A DNA stretch of 64,000 bases, taken from a virus (Duplodnaviria; Caudoviricetes). This document shows positions 9,236-18,408 of this stretch, one piece after another. The position numbers and the translations under genes were made by a program. Every line of letters begins with the position of its first letter. Position 1 is the first letter of the stretch. Below the pieces are notes generated by a model. That model was not told the DNA's origin and searched no databases. It saw nothing but the letters and a program-made list of their open reading frames with translations. Location: positions 1 to 64,000 of IMG/VR virus record IMGVR_UViG_3300021387_001614. One strand, 5' to 3'.

Positions 9236-10042
9236 TTAGTTTTTCATGAGTTCTCTTGCCTTTTCAAGAACATCAGTAAAATTTTTGTTTTCATCAACAC
9301 GCTTGCCACATGTGGTTATTTTATTTTTATCCTTTGGGTTATAATTAAATAACTCTTTTATTCTGTTAAATTCCTCATTTACTAATTTCTTGCTTAGTCT
9401 CTTTTCCACTAATGGCTTATCATCTTTATGCCATTCGACAATATATGATGTGCCATCAGAATCGCTCATGATAAACTTATTGCCATCAACCTTATAATGG
9501 TCGGGAATTTTTGACAGCATATGTCCTTCTGAAAGAAACTTCGTGTTTTTAAAATTTAACTTGTCAATTCTTTTTGACTCAAACATCGTTTCATTGTCAT
9601 CTTCCACATCCTTCATTGAAAGTGTGCGACCCGTAAGACCCTGCAACTTAATAGTATCCTTAATTTTTTTACTGTCTTTTGCATGGTCTTTAAACCGTTT
9701 AATGTCATTGTCAAAGATTGCATTTCCAAACTCATCGTTCTTATGCAAATCTTCTGCTTGTTTAGAAGGGTAACCCTTTATCTGTGATTGTGTCCTTTTC
9801 TTAAATTCATCGGACGTTTTATCATAGCGTATGTCACTCATACCCTGATTCATATCAGGTGTGACTGCTGCACCCTTCGCTCTTCCTAATCCACCATCAT
9901 AATCCTTGGTAGAATTGCTAACTGACTTGTAAGCCTCTCCGTTGATTTTTTTGTTATCCTTATTACCAACAACAGGTTTAAATTCGTTAGCACTTTCCTT
10001 GATAACTTTTCTCAAATCACCTACTCTGTAAATTTTAGCCAT
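9236..10042 (-). CDS. putative internal head / prohead core protein
   Basis: Several hydrophobic-x-E sites (VIKES, MFESK, LSEG, VNEE) and EFNRIKEL. Confidence 0.55.
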   Translation of the reverse strand: MAKIYRVGDLRKVIKESANEFKPVVGNKDNKKINGEAYKSVSNSTKDYDGGLGRAKGAAVTPDMNQGMSDIRYDKTSDEFKKRTQSQIKGYPSKQAEDLHKNDEFGNAIFDNDIKRFKDHAKDSKKIKDTIKLQGLTGRTLSMKDVEDDNETMFESKRIDKLNFKNTKFLSEGHMLSKIPDHYKVDGNKFIMSDSDGTSYIVEWHKDDKPLVEKRLSKKLVNEEFNRIKELFNYNPKDKNKITTCGKRVDENKNFTDVLEKARELMKN

Positions 10043-10064
10043 TTTTTTTAATTATTATAATATA

Positions 10065-10241
10065 TTAATTTCTAAACGGGTCTTGGGTTATTGCCATTCC
10101 TCTAAGTAACTGCTCAAACCTTAGTCTCGTTATTTTATCTTTGTCTCTGTTATTTCCTTTGTTTATCTCGTCTTGTATTTTTTCGTCGATTTCCATAACC
10201 GACTTAATCATTTCTGATTGTTCTTGTGTAGTATATTCCAT
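10065..10241 (-). CDS. small hypothetical protein (58 aa, below the track cutoff)
   Basis: MEYTTQEQSEMIKSVMEIDEKIQDEINKG...QDPFRN; fills the gap in the operon. Confidence 0.65.
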   Translation of the reverse strand: MEYTTQEQSEMIKSVMEIDEKIQDEINKGNNRDKDKITRLRFEQLLRGMAITQDPFRN

Positions 10242-10247
10242 ATTCTA

Positions 10248-10829
10248 TTACTTTTTGCGATTCATAGAAATTGACTTGTTTTTCCCACCTTTTCTATCCA
10301 TTGCGTCTTTCATAAAGTCGTTATACCCTTTTCTTCTTTGCACTGAGCCAAATGGAACTGTATATTGTCCCGCATCAGGGTTTGCGCCACCACCTTGCAT
10401 TGCCCCTGCCGCATTTGTTGCGCCTCCGCCACCACATGCACCATCACATTCTCTGATAACACTTTCATCACATGTTCCACCCCAATCATTTTTAACGAGG
10501 AAATAGTACCCTGCACCATAATCATGATACAATTCCGCACCTATAGACGGAATATCCATTACAAACTCTCTGTGATGTGGCATGGGATTTTTGAGAAAAT
10601 TATATTCATCCCCTACAGCGCTTTTAAACCACATTGCTGCCCCTTCTTCTTCACTTACGCCATATTCTTCAGCGATTTCTTCCGCCTCGTTATCATCTAT
10701 GATGCCGTTATACATCAACTTTTCACAGTCATCCGGTTCACCATGTGACTCTTTTATAATTCTTTTCACTGAATTTTTAATGATTTTATGTAAATCATTT
10801 TCAGTAAGTCTAATTATTCTTTTTCTCAT
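10248..10829 (-). CDS. putative internal head protein with LTExDLH leader
   Basis: N-terminal RIIRLTENDLHKIIKNSVKRIIKES and Gly-rich C-terminus. Confidence 0.6.
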   Translation of the reverse strand: MRKRIIRLTENDLHKIIKNSVKRIIKESHGEPDDCEKLMYNGIIDDNEAEEIAEEYGVSEEEGAAMWFKSAVGDEYNFLKNPMPHHREFVMDIPSIGAELYHDYGAGYYFLVKNDWGGTCDESVIRECDGACGGGGATNAAGAMQGGGANPDAGQYTVPFGSVQRRKGYNDFMKDAMDRKGGKNKSISMNRKK

Positions 10830-11605
10830 AACAATTTTACTATATTATGTATTTTTTTATTCATGTTAAATGCCCACTCTAATTTATCAACAGCACTTAT
10901 TGGAATCCATCTAAATCTGTCGTTTTCACCGTCACCCATTCCCGTTCTGTATTCGTTAGTTGTGCCATTTAATATTACCATAAAATTTTTTCCTACACCA
11001 ATTCCATATCTACTCGAATATTCCTCGTCGCCTATGTCCTTGAGTAAAGATTTGGGTAAACTAATGCCACTTTCTTCTTTTACTTCTCTTACGGCTGCAT
11101 CTAAAACGCTCTCATTAAAATACGTATCGCCAACACATCCTGTGGGTACATTATATTTTCCTCCATTATTATTTCCCCTTCTTTTTCCGCCTAAAACGCA
11201 AATCTCACCATTATCGTTTCTACAAAAAATATATGTGGCTACTGAATCATATTCTTGATTAGGGTTCCATTTGGATTCATTTATTTTCTTTCTTTTTCCA
11301 TTTTCAAAGAAATATGTGTAAAGCCTTCTTATTTTTCTTTCGAAATTTTTCTTCGGTATTTTATATTGTAAATGATGGTAAGATTTTAAGTTTCCATCGT
11401 CATCGGTTATTTCCTTTATGTCCTCGTCTTTATGAATTATGTCTCTGTCCATCATTTTATTCATGAGCATACCCTTGGTTATTCCTTGTTTTCTAAAGAA
11501 AACATCGGGTTTTGCCTCTATCGGGTTGTTAAGTAGTTCTTTTAAAAAACCTTTCACCTTAACAAAAAACTCATAGAATGTCACTTCATCTTTATTAGTT
11601 TCCAT
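10826..11605 (-). CDS. NUDIX hydrolase fused to an unknown N-terminal domain
   Basis: Nudix box PTGCVG...NESVLDAAVREVKEESG in the C-terminal half. Confidence 0.85.
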   Translation of the reverse strand: METNKDEVTFYEFFVKVKGFLKELLNNPIEAKPDVFFRKQGITKGMLMNKMMDRDIIHKDEDIKEITDDDGNLKSYHHLQYKIPKKNFERKIRRLYTYFFENGKRKKINESKWNPNQEYDSVATYIFCRNDNGEICVLGGKRRGNNNGGKYNVPTGCVGDTYFNESVLDAAVREVKEESGISLPKSLLKDIGDEEYSSRYGIGVGKNFMVILNGTTNEYRTGMGDGENDRFRWIPISAVDKLEWAFNMNKKIHNIVKLL

Positions 11606-11812
11606 TTATGCAGACACATTTGGTTTCCATATGCCATTCTTTTGCCACAATACCTTATACAACTCACTGATAGCATCAGCCACGATTTCTTTAACATTCT
11701 TTTTAAAGTCTCGTGACGAATACATACTGTTGATTTTATTAGAGACAATAGAATTGACATCTGACTTATTCAGTTCTTCTCTTATTATTTGTCTTATACG
11801 ATAATCGTTCAT
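11606..11812 (-). CDS. small putative virion/head protein
   Basis: IRQIIREEL motif, preceded by TATTTAT. Confidence 0.6.
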   Translation of the reverse strand: MNDYRIRQIIREELNKSDVNSIVSNKINSMYSSRDFKKNVKEIVADAISELYKVLWQKNGIWKPNVSA

Positions 11813-11826
11813 TATGTACTTTTTTT

Positions 11827-11833
11827 ATAAATA
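11827..11833 (-). promoter_or_regulatory. putative phage late promoter motif TATTTAT
   Basis: Same motif 14-51 nt upstream of starts at 11812, 12468, 18333, 42462, 42539, 44405, 50888 and 52934. Confidence 0.6.
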
Positions 11834-11845
11834 CCACTAAACAAC

Positions 11846-11873
11846 AAAAAATGCAGCCATTTCTGACTGCATT
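11846..11873 (-). terminator. intrinsic terminator with GAAA tetraloop
   Basis: Minus strand reads AATGCAGTCA-GAAA-TGGCTGCATT-TTTT. Confidence 0.75.
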
Positions 11874-11895
11874 CTTAAAAATTGTTAAACACCCA

Positions 11896-12468
11896 TTATT
11901 CGGGGTTTTCTTTTTTTCTTTTAGCTGCGTTTTCCAAGTCGCTCATTAGTTTACCATCTTCAGTAATACTTGATTTCCAATTCTGAAATGCAGCCCTTAT
12001 TTTCTCTATTGTCTTTGTGTTGGCATCTGAAAGTTGCGTTTCTCCCATTGTGACATAAACGCCATCACCGGTTCCGTCATTTAATCTAAACTGAAACTTA
12101 ATATTAACACCTTTTATCATGCCGTTTAAAACAATATCGTCTATATCAGGGTAGTACACCAAGGCATCGTCTTTAAGTTCGACATCACCAATCGTTTTTC
12201 TTATCATGTCTTCCTGACTTGCTCTTAAGTTTCCAAATTGCGGGTCAGATGCATGAATCACATATTCATTTTTACCGTCTTCCTCTTTTAAAAGACACGC
12301 TTTTTTTTCGGTCTCTTCCATTAAGATTTTTGACCTTGTAAGGAAATTATCATCCTCTTTTAACACAGTTTCTTCGTTAAGAGGCTTTGCTGTATATTTT
12401 CTGTTCGCTTCTTGTATTCCCCTTATTTTACTGAGCATGCTTTTTGTGTTATTATATTCTTTTCCCAT
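11896..12468 (-). CDS. putative head-associated protein
   Basis: Repeated L-x-E sites (LNEE, LKED, LMEE, LKEE) and TATTTAT upstream. Confidence 0.55.
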   Translation of the reverse strand: MGKEYNNTKSMLSKIRGIQEANRKYTAKPLNEETVLKEDDNFLTRSKILMEETEKKACLLKEEDGKNEYVIHASDPQFGNLRASQEDMIRKTIGDVELKDDALVYYPDIDDIVLNGMIKGVNIKFQFRLNDGTGDGVYVTMGETQLSDANTKTIEKIRAAFQNWKSSITEDGKLMSDLENAAKRKKENPE

Positions 12469-12503
12469 TTTTCTAAAACTTTATATATAAATAGTTTTAA
12501 ATA

Positions 12504-12947
12504 CTAAAATGCGTCATTTTCCATGCCATTCCACGAATTATAAATATATCTAATCTTTTTCACAGCTTTTTTAACCTGTTTTTTAATTGGATTTGATGAC
12601 TTTACAATTTCCTCTTTTTTTGCCTCCACCTTATTAACTATAGGTTTTTCTTCGGCTTTAACAGGGGTTTCATTGGTCTCTACTACTAATTCATCATCAG
12701 TATTATTAATAATGTGTGCATCTTCATTCACATTCTCCTTGACATTGGTGTCATTTTCATTTGTTTCTAATACCGTAATTAATGGATTAATGGTTGCTGT
12801 TTCTATGGTATCCTCAGTTGATAGTTCTTCATTTACCACATCACTGTCGTTAATAATCTCCACTTTTACATTATCTGTTTTTGTGGTTGCCTTTGGCGTT
12901 GACTTTTTCTTTGTTCTTGTTGTCGTTTTTTTCTTTTTCTCTGCCAT
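12504..12947 (-). CDS. low-complexity K/T/E-rich hypothetical protein
   Basis: 147-aa ORF. Confidence 0.7.
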   Translation of the reverse strand: MAEKKKKTTTRTKKKSTPKATTKTDNVKVEIINDSDVVNEELSTEDTIETATINPLITVLETNENDTNVKENVNEDAHIINNTDDELVVETNETPVKAEEKPIVNKVEAKKEEIVKSSNPIKKQVKKAVKKIRYIYNSWNGMENDAF

Positions 12948-12978
12948 TTTATTTTTTGTTTCTCTATGTTATTTTCTT

Positions 12979-13728
12979 TTATACAACTTGTGAAATTGCA
13001 CCCTTTCCACTATAAAGTGATTTATACCCACCACTTACTGCAATTTCAAATTTAAGTTTTTTGAGTGAAGATGCCTTAATTTGGCGTACTCGTTCTTTTG
13101 TAATACCAAGGTCACGGCCTATTTCTTCAAGGTTCTTCTCCTTTTTACCGTTAAGTCCATAATATTTCTCTAAAATAATTTTTTCCCTACCATCAAGTTT
13201 AACTAATAAACTATCAACAATAACCTTGCAGTTTTGCTCACGTTCTCTCTTAATTTCATCCTCTTCATTAGACATTACAATTTCAGACTTATTTATTTTT
13301 TCGTCCTCATTATCTATTAATGAATTGGCTTTGACAAAAAAGTTTATTGTGTCTTCACCTTTTTCAACTTCCTTGCATTTCTGCGCCTTTTTAATGGCTG
13401 CTTGCATGGCTTGTTTTATCCACCACACGGCATAAGAAAGGAATTTATTGTCATATTCCATGTTAAATTTTTTAATAGCCTTAACCATCCCCAAATTTCC
13501 CTCAGAGATTAGTTCTCCCATAGAAACGCCTAATCCTTTATATCTTTTAGCAGTGTCAAAAACAAACCTCAAATGTGATGTAAGCAGTTCGTTTTGTGAA
13601 ATTAAATCGCCGTCTTTAGCCTTTTTTAATAATTCCTTTTCTCTTTCGGGTGATAATGGCTTGCATTTTTCTAACTCATGGTAGTATATTTTTGTAGTTT
13701 CGTTAAAATCGTTAATATAGTCATTCAT
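12979..13728 (-). CDS. phage-encoded sigma70-family RNA polymerase sigma factor
   Basis: Region 2 HLRFV...ELISEGNLGMVKAIKKF...KFLSYAVWWIKQ and region 4 NLEEIGRDLGITKERVRQI. Confidence 0.93.
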   Translation of the reverse strand: MNDYINDFNETTKIYYHELEKCKPLSPEREKELLKKAKDGDLISQNELLTSHLRFVFDTAKRYKGLGVSMGELISEGNLGMVKAIKKFNMEYDNKFLSYAVWWIKQAMQAAIKKAQKCKEVEKGEDTINFFVKANSLIDNEDEKINKSEIVMSNEEDEIKREREQNCKVIVDSLLVKLDGREKIILEKYYGLNGKKEKNLEEIGRDLGITKERVRQIKASSLKKLKFEIAVSGGYKSLYSGKGAISQVV

Positions 13729-13753
13729 TTATTCTTTAAAGTTAAACATAGGG

Positions 13754-16126
13754 TTATTTTCGAGAAATAGTTACTTTTGAAACGTTGTCTATTTTCTCTA
13801 TCTCAATTATGGTGTTAAACCAATCTTTACATTCTTTAATGTGATTAACAGATAAAATGTAATCATATCCATTAAGCATCTTATTCATAAGGTTGTGCAT
13901 GTTATCATAATTTTCTTCATCTACACGCCCCATTACCTCGTCAACTAATATTCCGTTGTTTCTCGGCATTGTGGAAATATCTGCCAACACTGAACGTAAA
14001 GCCAATGATGCTGCTGTTTTTTCGAAGCCACTTCCACCTGATAAGTCTGATTTGATTCCATTCTTTATGATAAAGAATGCCACCTCATTTCTTGCATTCA
14101 TATCAAGTTCTACGTCGAAATCGCAAACATCTGAAAGCAGTTGTGCCAACCTCGCATTTATGATAGGTAAAGTTTTTCTTAACACCATTTTACTTATTCC
14201 GTTCTTACCAACCATATCAAGGTATATTTTCCAATTCTTAACCAATATGGTTTCTTCTTCTATCTTTTTAATAAGTTCTTCTCTTGCAGCAATTTCCTTC
14301 TTGTGTTGGTCTATGATGTTTTCATTATTTACAATGTATCTGTTATTTGTGTCCTTGTTAGACCGTTTTTCTTTTATAGCCAACTCAGTATTACGAATCT
14401 GTATGTCGAGTTTATTATTAATGTCTATCGCCTCGCTATTTTTTTCATATTCCTTTAAAATGTTACGCTTTTCGATTAGTTGTCCCCTTAATTTTTCTAT
14501 ATTTAATTCATATGCAGATTTTTGAACTGTTAAATTAGATTTTCGGGTATATTTCTCTCTCGCATCTTTCATACTGTTGATTTTTGCCTCATTTTCATCA
14601 ATCAGTTTCTTTAACGAAATACCTTCATCTGTAATATTTTTAAGGGTTTCCTTTAATTCGTTTATTTTTGCGGTGTTATCAACGTTATCTAATTTTTTAC
14701 CGCATGTAGGGCAAAATTCACTTGATTTTAAATGTTCGATGTTATGCGTTAGGTTTTTATATTGTTCGGCTATAACACCACGTTTAACACTCAGTTTATT
14801 TGTTTCAGAAACTAAATTATCGTAAGCGTTTACTGAAAATTCTACGTCACCAATTTCATTTATTTCGCTAATGACTTTATCGAGTTCGAATTTTTTCTTT
14901 TTTCCTTCATCCGTAATAGTCTCAATTGTTCTATTAAGCGTTGTAATATCAATTTTTAGAAGGGTGTCGTCAATTTTCTGCTTTGATTGCATAAGGGTGT
15001 TTCTACTTTCTTCAAGTTGTCCTATTTCCTTTTCAATTGTCTCGTTTTGTTTCTTATACGTCTTTTGACGTTTCTCTAAATCGCTAATTAAAACATTATA
15101 CGCACCTATTTCCTGCTTAACTGTCTCTATGTCATATTTATTTGACATTAGATACGGCTTTATCTCTTGATTAAATTTTTCCCTTGCAAGTGCATCTTTT
15201 TCTTCAATAGGTAATAAGCCAATCCATCTTGAAAATAATCTGCCTCTCTCAGTATCTTTTTTTTCGATTAAGGAATCAAGCGTTGCATCGGTTACTGACA
15301 TAACAAGGTCAAAGTCTTCTTCCCTTCCTATGATTTCCTTAATCTTTTTATTTGTCTGAACACTATTTTCCTCTTGTTGATTGTCAGCGTAATCCTCAAG
15401 TTCCTCTTTTGAGCCGTTTATTATTCTATAATATTCGACTTTTTGATTAACTTTGCTCTTTGTTGTACGTCTTTCAAGTGATGGTCTATTAAGAGTTCTT
15501 TTGATAATATAATCGCAATCATCAATGGTTATGCACCCCTCCACTTCAACTTTCGTTGCTTCGGGAATAAATTTATTAAATATTTTATCTTGTGTTTGGT
15601 ATTTGGTGATATTGCCAAATAGTAAAAACCTAACCAAATCAAGTGCTAATGTTGTTTTTCCACTCTGATTTCTACCATTTAACAGAACTAACCCATGAAG
15701 CCCACTAAAATCAAAAAAATTATCTCCCCCATAAGATAGGAAATTGGACCAGCGTACCCATTTAATAGCATATCTACGATATTTATCGTAAATTTTGTAA
15801 TCAATTTTTCCATTTATCTCAGAATCTATTTTTTTTATTAACTCGAAATCATAATCCTCGATTTTATTTACATCTAAATAATCGTTAAAAAGTTTTATTT
15901 GGAATAATGGGTCTTGTATGTTCGAAATTATATCATTCGTAAGAGAGAATTTTTCACCCTTTTCATCAACCATGATAAAATCCGGAACAACCCTAATATT
16001 ATTCTTTGGTAAATTGTATTTTTTACTTGCCTTTGCGATTATTCTATTTAGTTTCTCTTTGGAAAAATCATAAGGTGATACTTTCCAATGAAAATTAAGT
16101 TTTGCTTTTTTACCTACTTCGGTCAT
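13754..16126 (-). CDS. SbcC/Rad50-like recombination ATPase (T4 gp46-like)
   Basis: Walker A GRNQSGKTT, zinc hook CPTC in the coiled coil, signature SGGSGFEK, Walker B LVDEV. Confidence 0.92.
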   Translation of the reverse strand: MTEVGKKAKLNFHWKVSPYDFSKEKLNRIIAKASKKYNLPKNNIRVVPDFIMVDEKGEKFSLTNDIISNIQDPLFQIKLFNDYLDVNKIEDYDFELIKKIDSEINGKIDYKIYDKYRRYAIKWVRWSNFLSYGGDNFFDFSGLHGLVLLNGRNQSGKTTLALDLVRFLLFGNITKYQTQDKIFNKFIPEATKVEVEGCITIDDCDYIIKRTLNRPSLERRTTKSKVNQKVEYYRIINGSKEELEDYADNQQEENSVQTNKKIKEIIGREEDFDLVMSVTDATLDSLIEKKDTERGRLFSRWIGLLPIEEKDALAREKFNQEIKPYLMSNKYDIETVKQEIGAYNVLISDLEKRQKTYKKQNETIEKEIGQLEESRNTLMQSKQKIDDTLLKIDITTLNRTIETITDEGKKKKFELDKVISEINEIGDVEFSVNAYDNLVSETNKLSVKRGVIAEQYKNLTHNIEHLKSSEFCPTCGKKLDNVDNTAKINELKETLKNITDEGISLKKLIDENEAKINSMKDAREKYTRKSNLTVQKSAYELNIEKLRGQLIEKRNILKEYEKNSEAIDINNKLDIQIRNTELAIKEKRSNKDTNNRYIVNNENIIDQHKKEIAAREELIKKIEEETILVKNWKIYLDMVGKNGISKMVLRKTLPIINARLAQLLSDVCDFDVELDMNARNEVAFFIIKNGIKSDLSGGSGFEKTAASLALRSVLADISTMPRNNGILVDEVMGRVDEENYDNMHNLMNKMLNGYDYILSVNHIKECKDWFNTIIEIEKIDNVSKVTISRK

Positions 16127-16130
16127 TTTA

Positions 16131-16502
16131 CTACTTTTTGATTATTTTTATTCTACTTCTTTTAACTGTCTCTTTCTTTTTCGGTTCCGTTTCAGTTGCA
16201 ACTTCATCTTTTTTAGATTCGGCTGCACTTGTTGTTTCTGCTGCGTTATTTTCTTCTTTCTTTACAACGTCTTGCACAGATTTTTTCGGTCTACCTGAGC
16301 GCTTCTTAGGTGCAACATTGTCTTTATTTTCTTCCACTCGTTCGATAATATTGTTTTGCTTTAAGAAATTATCTTTTGGCGAGTTTCCAAATCTCACAAC
16401 ATTAAACCCCACCTCCATACATTCTTTCTTAAAGGCATCAAATATTATATTATTATATTTACAATATTCTTTCATTAAAGTAATTAACTCCGAATATTTC
16501 AT
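16131..16502 (-). CDS. basic hypothetical protein with AT-hook-like motif
   Basis: KKRSGRPKK. Start MKYSEL placed downstream of the promoter at 16545-16552. Confidence 0.65.
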   Translation of the reverse strand: MKYSELITLMKEYCKYNNIIFDAFKKECMEVGFNVVRFGNSPKDNFLKQNNIIERVEENKDNVAPKKRSGRPKKSVQDVVKKEENNAAETTSAAESKKDEVATETEPKKKETVKRSRIKIIKK

Positions 16503-16628
16503 TATATTTTCCGGTATTATTAATATATTAATATTATTTTTTTGCAAATATACAAAAAAATATTTAAAAAAAGAAATAATATTACCTTTTTTTAACAAAA
16601 ATGTTATCTTTTAAATAAAAAGAGAACA

Positions 16629-17384
16629 ATGGATAGCAATAATAGTAAAATTTCTTTAGGGTTGGATGTGTCAACCCAATGTATTGGCGTTTGTCTTTTG
16701 CTTGATGACGGTTCTGATTATGGTAAAATTATAGAACTAACGCATATTAATCCAAAAATACCAAAAAGTGTTAAGGGTATAGAGCAACTTTTTCTTAAGA
16801 AAAAAATATTTGAAGAGTTTATTATAAAGTATAAAGACTTTAACATTGATACTGTTGTAATAGAAGAGCCTCTTTTAAGGTCTAATAATGTAAATACAGT
16901 ATCAACGCTATTAAGATTTAACGGTATGATATCTGACTGCATATATAATATTTTAGGTGTTGTTCCGGTATACATTTCAAGTTATGATGCCCGAAAATAT
17001 TCTTTCCCTGAATTAATGGCAATTAGAAAATATGATAAGAACGAGTCACAATACGATAGTAAAAAAATACTGAAAGAAATAAAGGATTCAAAAGTTGTCT
17101 TATTTGGTGCATATCCATGGACGATAGATAAAAAGAGTGTTCTTCAGCAAAAAGTATCGAAAATTTTTCCGGATATTCCTTGGGTTTATAATAAAAAGGG
17201 TGAACTAAAAAAAGAAAACTTTGACGCAACGGATTCTTATGTTGCGTGTTTGGGATATATTAACAAAACCAAGAACGGTGAGTTAGACTTTAAAATAGAA
17301 AATATTATTGAAAGTGAAAATGAAATAAACTATGACATAAAATATTGGGATAAATCTGAACATAGGACAACTTATCTCAAGTGA
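16629..17384 (+). CDS. RuvC-like Holliday junction resolvase / RNase H-fold nuclease
   Basis: LGLDVSTQCIG, VVIEEP and FDATDS acidic motifs. Confidence 0.8.
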   Translation: MDSNNSKISLGLDVSTQCIGVCLLLDDGSDYGKIIELTHINPKIPKSVKGIEQLFLKKKIFEEFIIKYKDFNIDTVVIEEPLLRSNNVNTVSTLLRFNGMISDCIYNILGVVPVYISSYDARKYSFPELMAIRKYDKNESQYDSKKILKEIKDSKVVLFGAYPWTIDKKSVLQQKVSKIFPDIPWVYNKKGELKKENFDATDSYVACLGYINKTKNGELDFKIENIIESENEINYDIKYWDKSEHRTTYLK

Positions 17385-17399
17385 TGTAATATTTAATAC

Positions 17400-17433
17400 A
17401 AAATGGGCGAACTAAAAAGATTCGCCCATTTTT
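17400..17433. terminator. bidirectional terminator
   Basis: AAAATGGGCGAA...TTCGCCCATTTT between convergent genes. Confidence 0.85.
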
Positions 17434-17454
17434 TATATATCATTTCATCTCATT

Positions 17455-18105
17455 TTAACGATATGGGCTATAAGAAAACGGGTCTTTACCGTTCTTAATA
17501 AGCCTTTCTATTTTCATCGAAAGGTTGCTTAAATTAATAAGCCCTACCCTTGCGTCACCCACAATTCTTGTTATACCAATGTCTTTTCCACCATTACCTC
17601 CGTTAATTGCGGTGATGCTACTACCCGGGTCTGTCATTCCTGACCTCTTAATTACATCAGCCATGGCTTCAACAATTGTGTAGATTTCCATTAAATGAAT
17701 GTTAAATTCATCAAGTTTTTGGAAACCGCCATAATTTGCTTTTGCAAGATTAATTGTTTCATAATAGTGCTTATTAAGTTTCGCTAAAAGTCCGTCAAAT
17801 TCGGGCATTTTTGACTTTAAAACACTATATATCAAGTTTTTACCACCAACATGGTTACGCTTTGGGTCAAAAAACTTAACAAGTTTATGAATTGGTGCAA
17901 ATGGACATTTCTTGGCATTTATATCACCAACAATTGCCCTAATTATCGTTTTTACGTCACCCGGTTTAATATAATCCAATTCATCGAGTATAGACAAGTC
18001 CATATATGTAGTCGGCTTTTTAGCAACTTCCATTAACACACCCCTAACAGCACTTTCTACAATTCGATGAAGATTCTCTTCTGTTAATTTAACTCTCTTT
18101 ACCAT
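17455..18105 (-). CDS. putative internal head protein with LTExxLH leader
   Basis: N-terminal MVKRVKLTEENLHRIVESAVRGVLME. Confidence 0.6.
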   Translation of the reverse strand: MVKRVKLTEENLHRIVESAVRGVLMEVAKKPTTYMDLSILDELDYIKPGDVKTIIRAIVGDINAKKCPFAPIHKLVKFFDPKRNHVGGKNLIYSVLKSKMPEFDGLLAKLNKHYYETINLAKANYGGFQKLDEFNIHLMEIYTIVEAMADVIKRSGMTDPGSSITAINGGNGGKDIGITRIVGDARVGLINLSNLSMKIERLIKNGKDPFSYSPYR

Positions 18106-18123
18106 TTTATTTAATATTGCTTT

Positions 18124-18333
18124 TTAAATATACGCCATCCACATATAATCAGGGTGTGGACAACTATTTTTTTCTTCTATACTTTCAATGTCTATGTTAA
18201 AACCATCGTTTTGTACGAGGTATCCCTCCCTTATTGCATAATGGGCGGCTTGTCCCCAAGCAAAAATATCATGGTCAAGCCTTTCTTCCATCATAATCAA
18301 TAAATCACTATCTTTAATAATGTTTTTGTCCAT
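18124..18333 (-). CDS. small hypothetical protein
   Basis: 69-aa ORF with TATTTAT upstream. Confidence 0.6.
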   Translation of the reverse strand: MDKNIIKDSDLLIMMEERLDHDIFAWGQAAHYAIREGYLVQNDGFNIDIESIEEKNSCPHPDYMWMAYI

Positions 18334-18408
18334 ATTTTCGGCACTTTTTAAATAAATAGTTTGTTTTTCTTATTTTTTTTGTGTATATTTGCCAAAAACT
18401 TTAATGAG

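Noticed and set aside
16629-17384. TnpB/Cas12-like RNA-guided RuvC nuclease
   Set aside because: It is only 251 aa, has no zinc ribbon or WED/REC region and no adjacent non-coding space, and its replication-gene context fits a resolvase.
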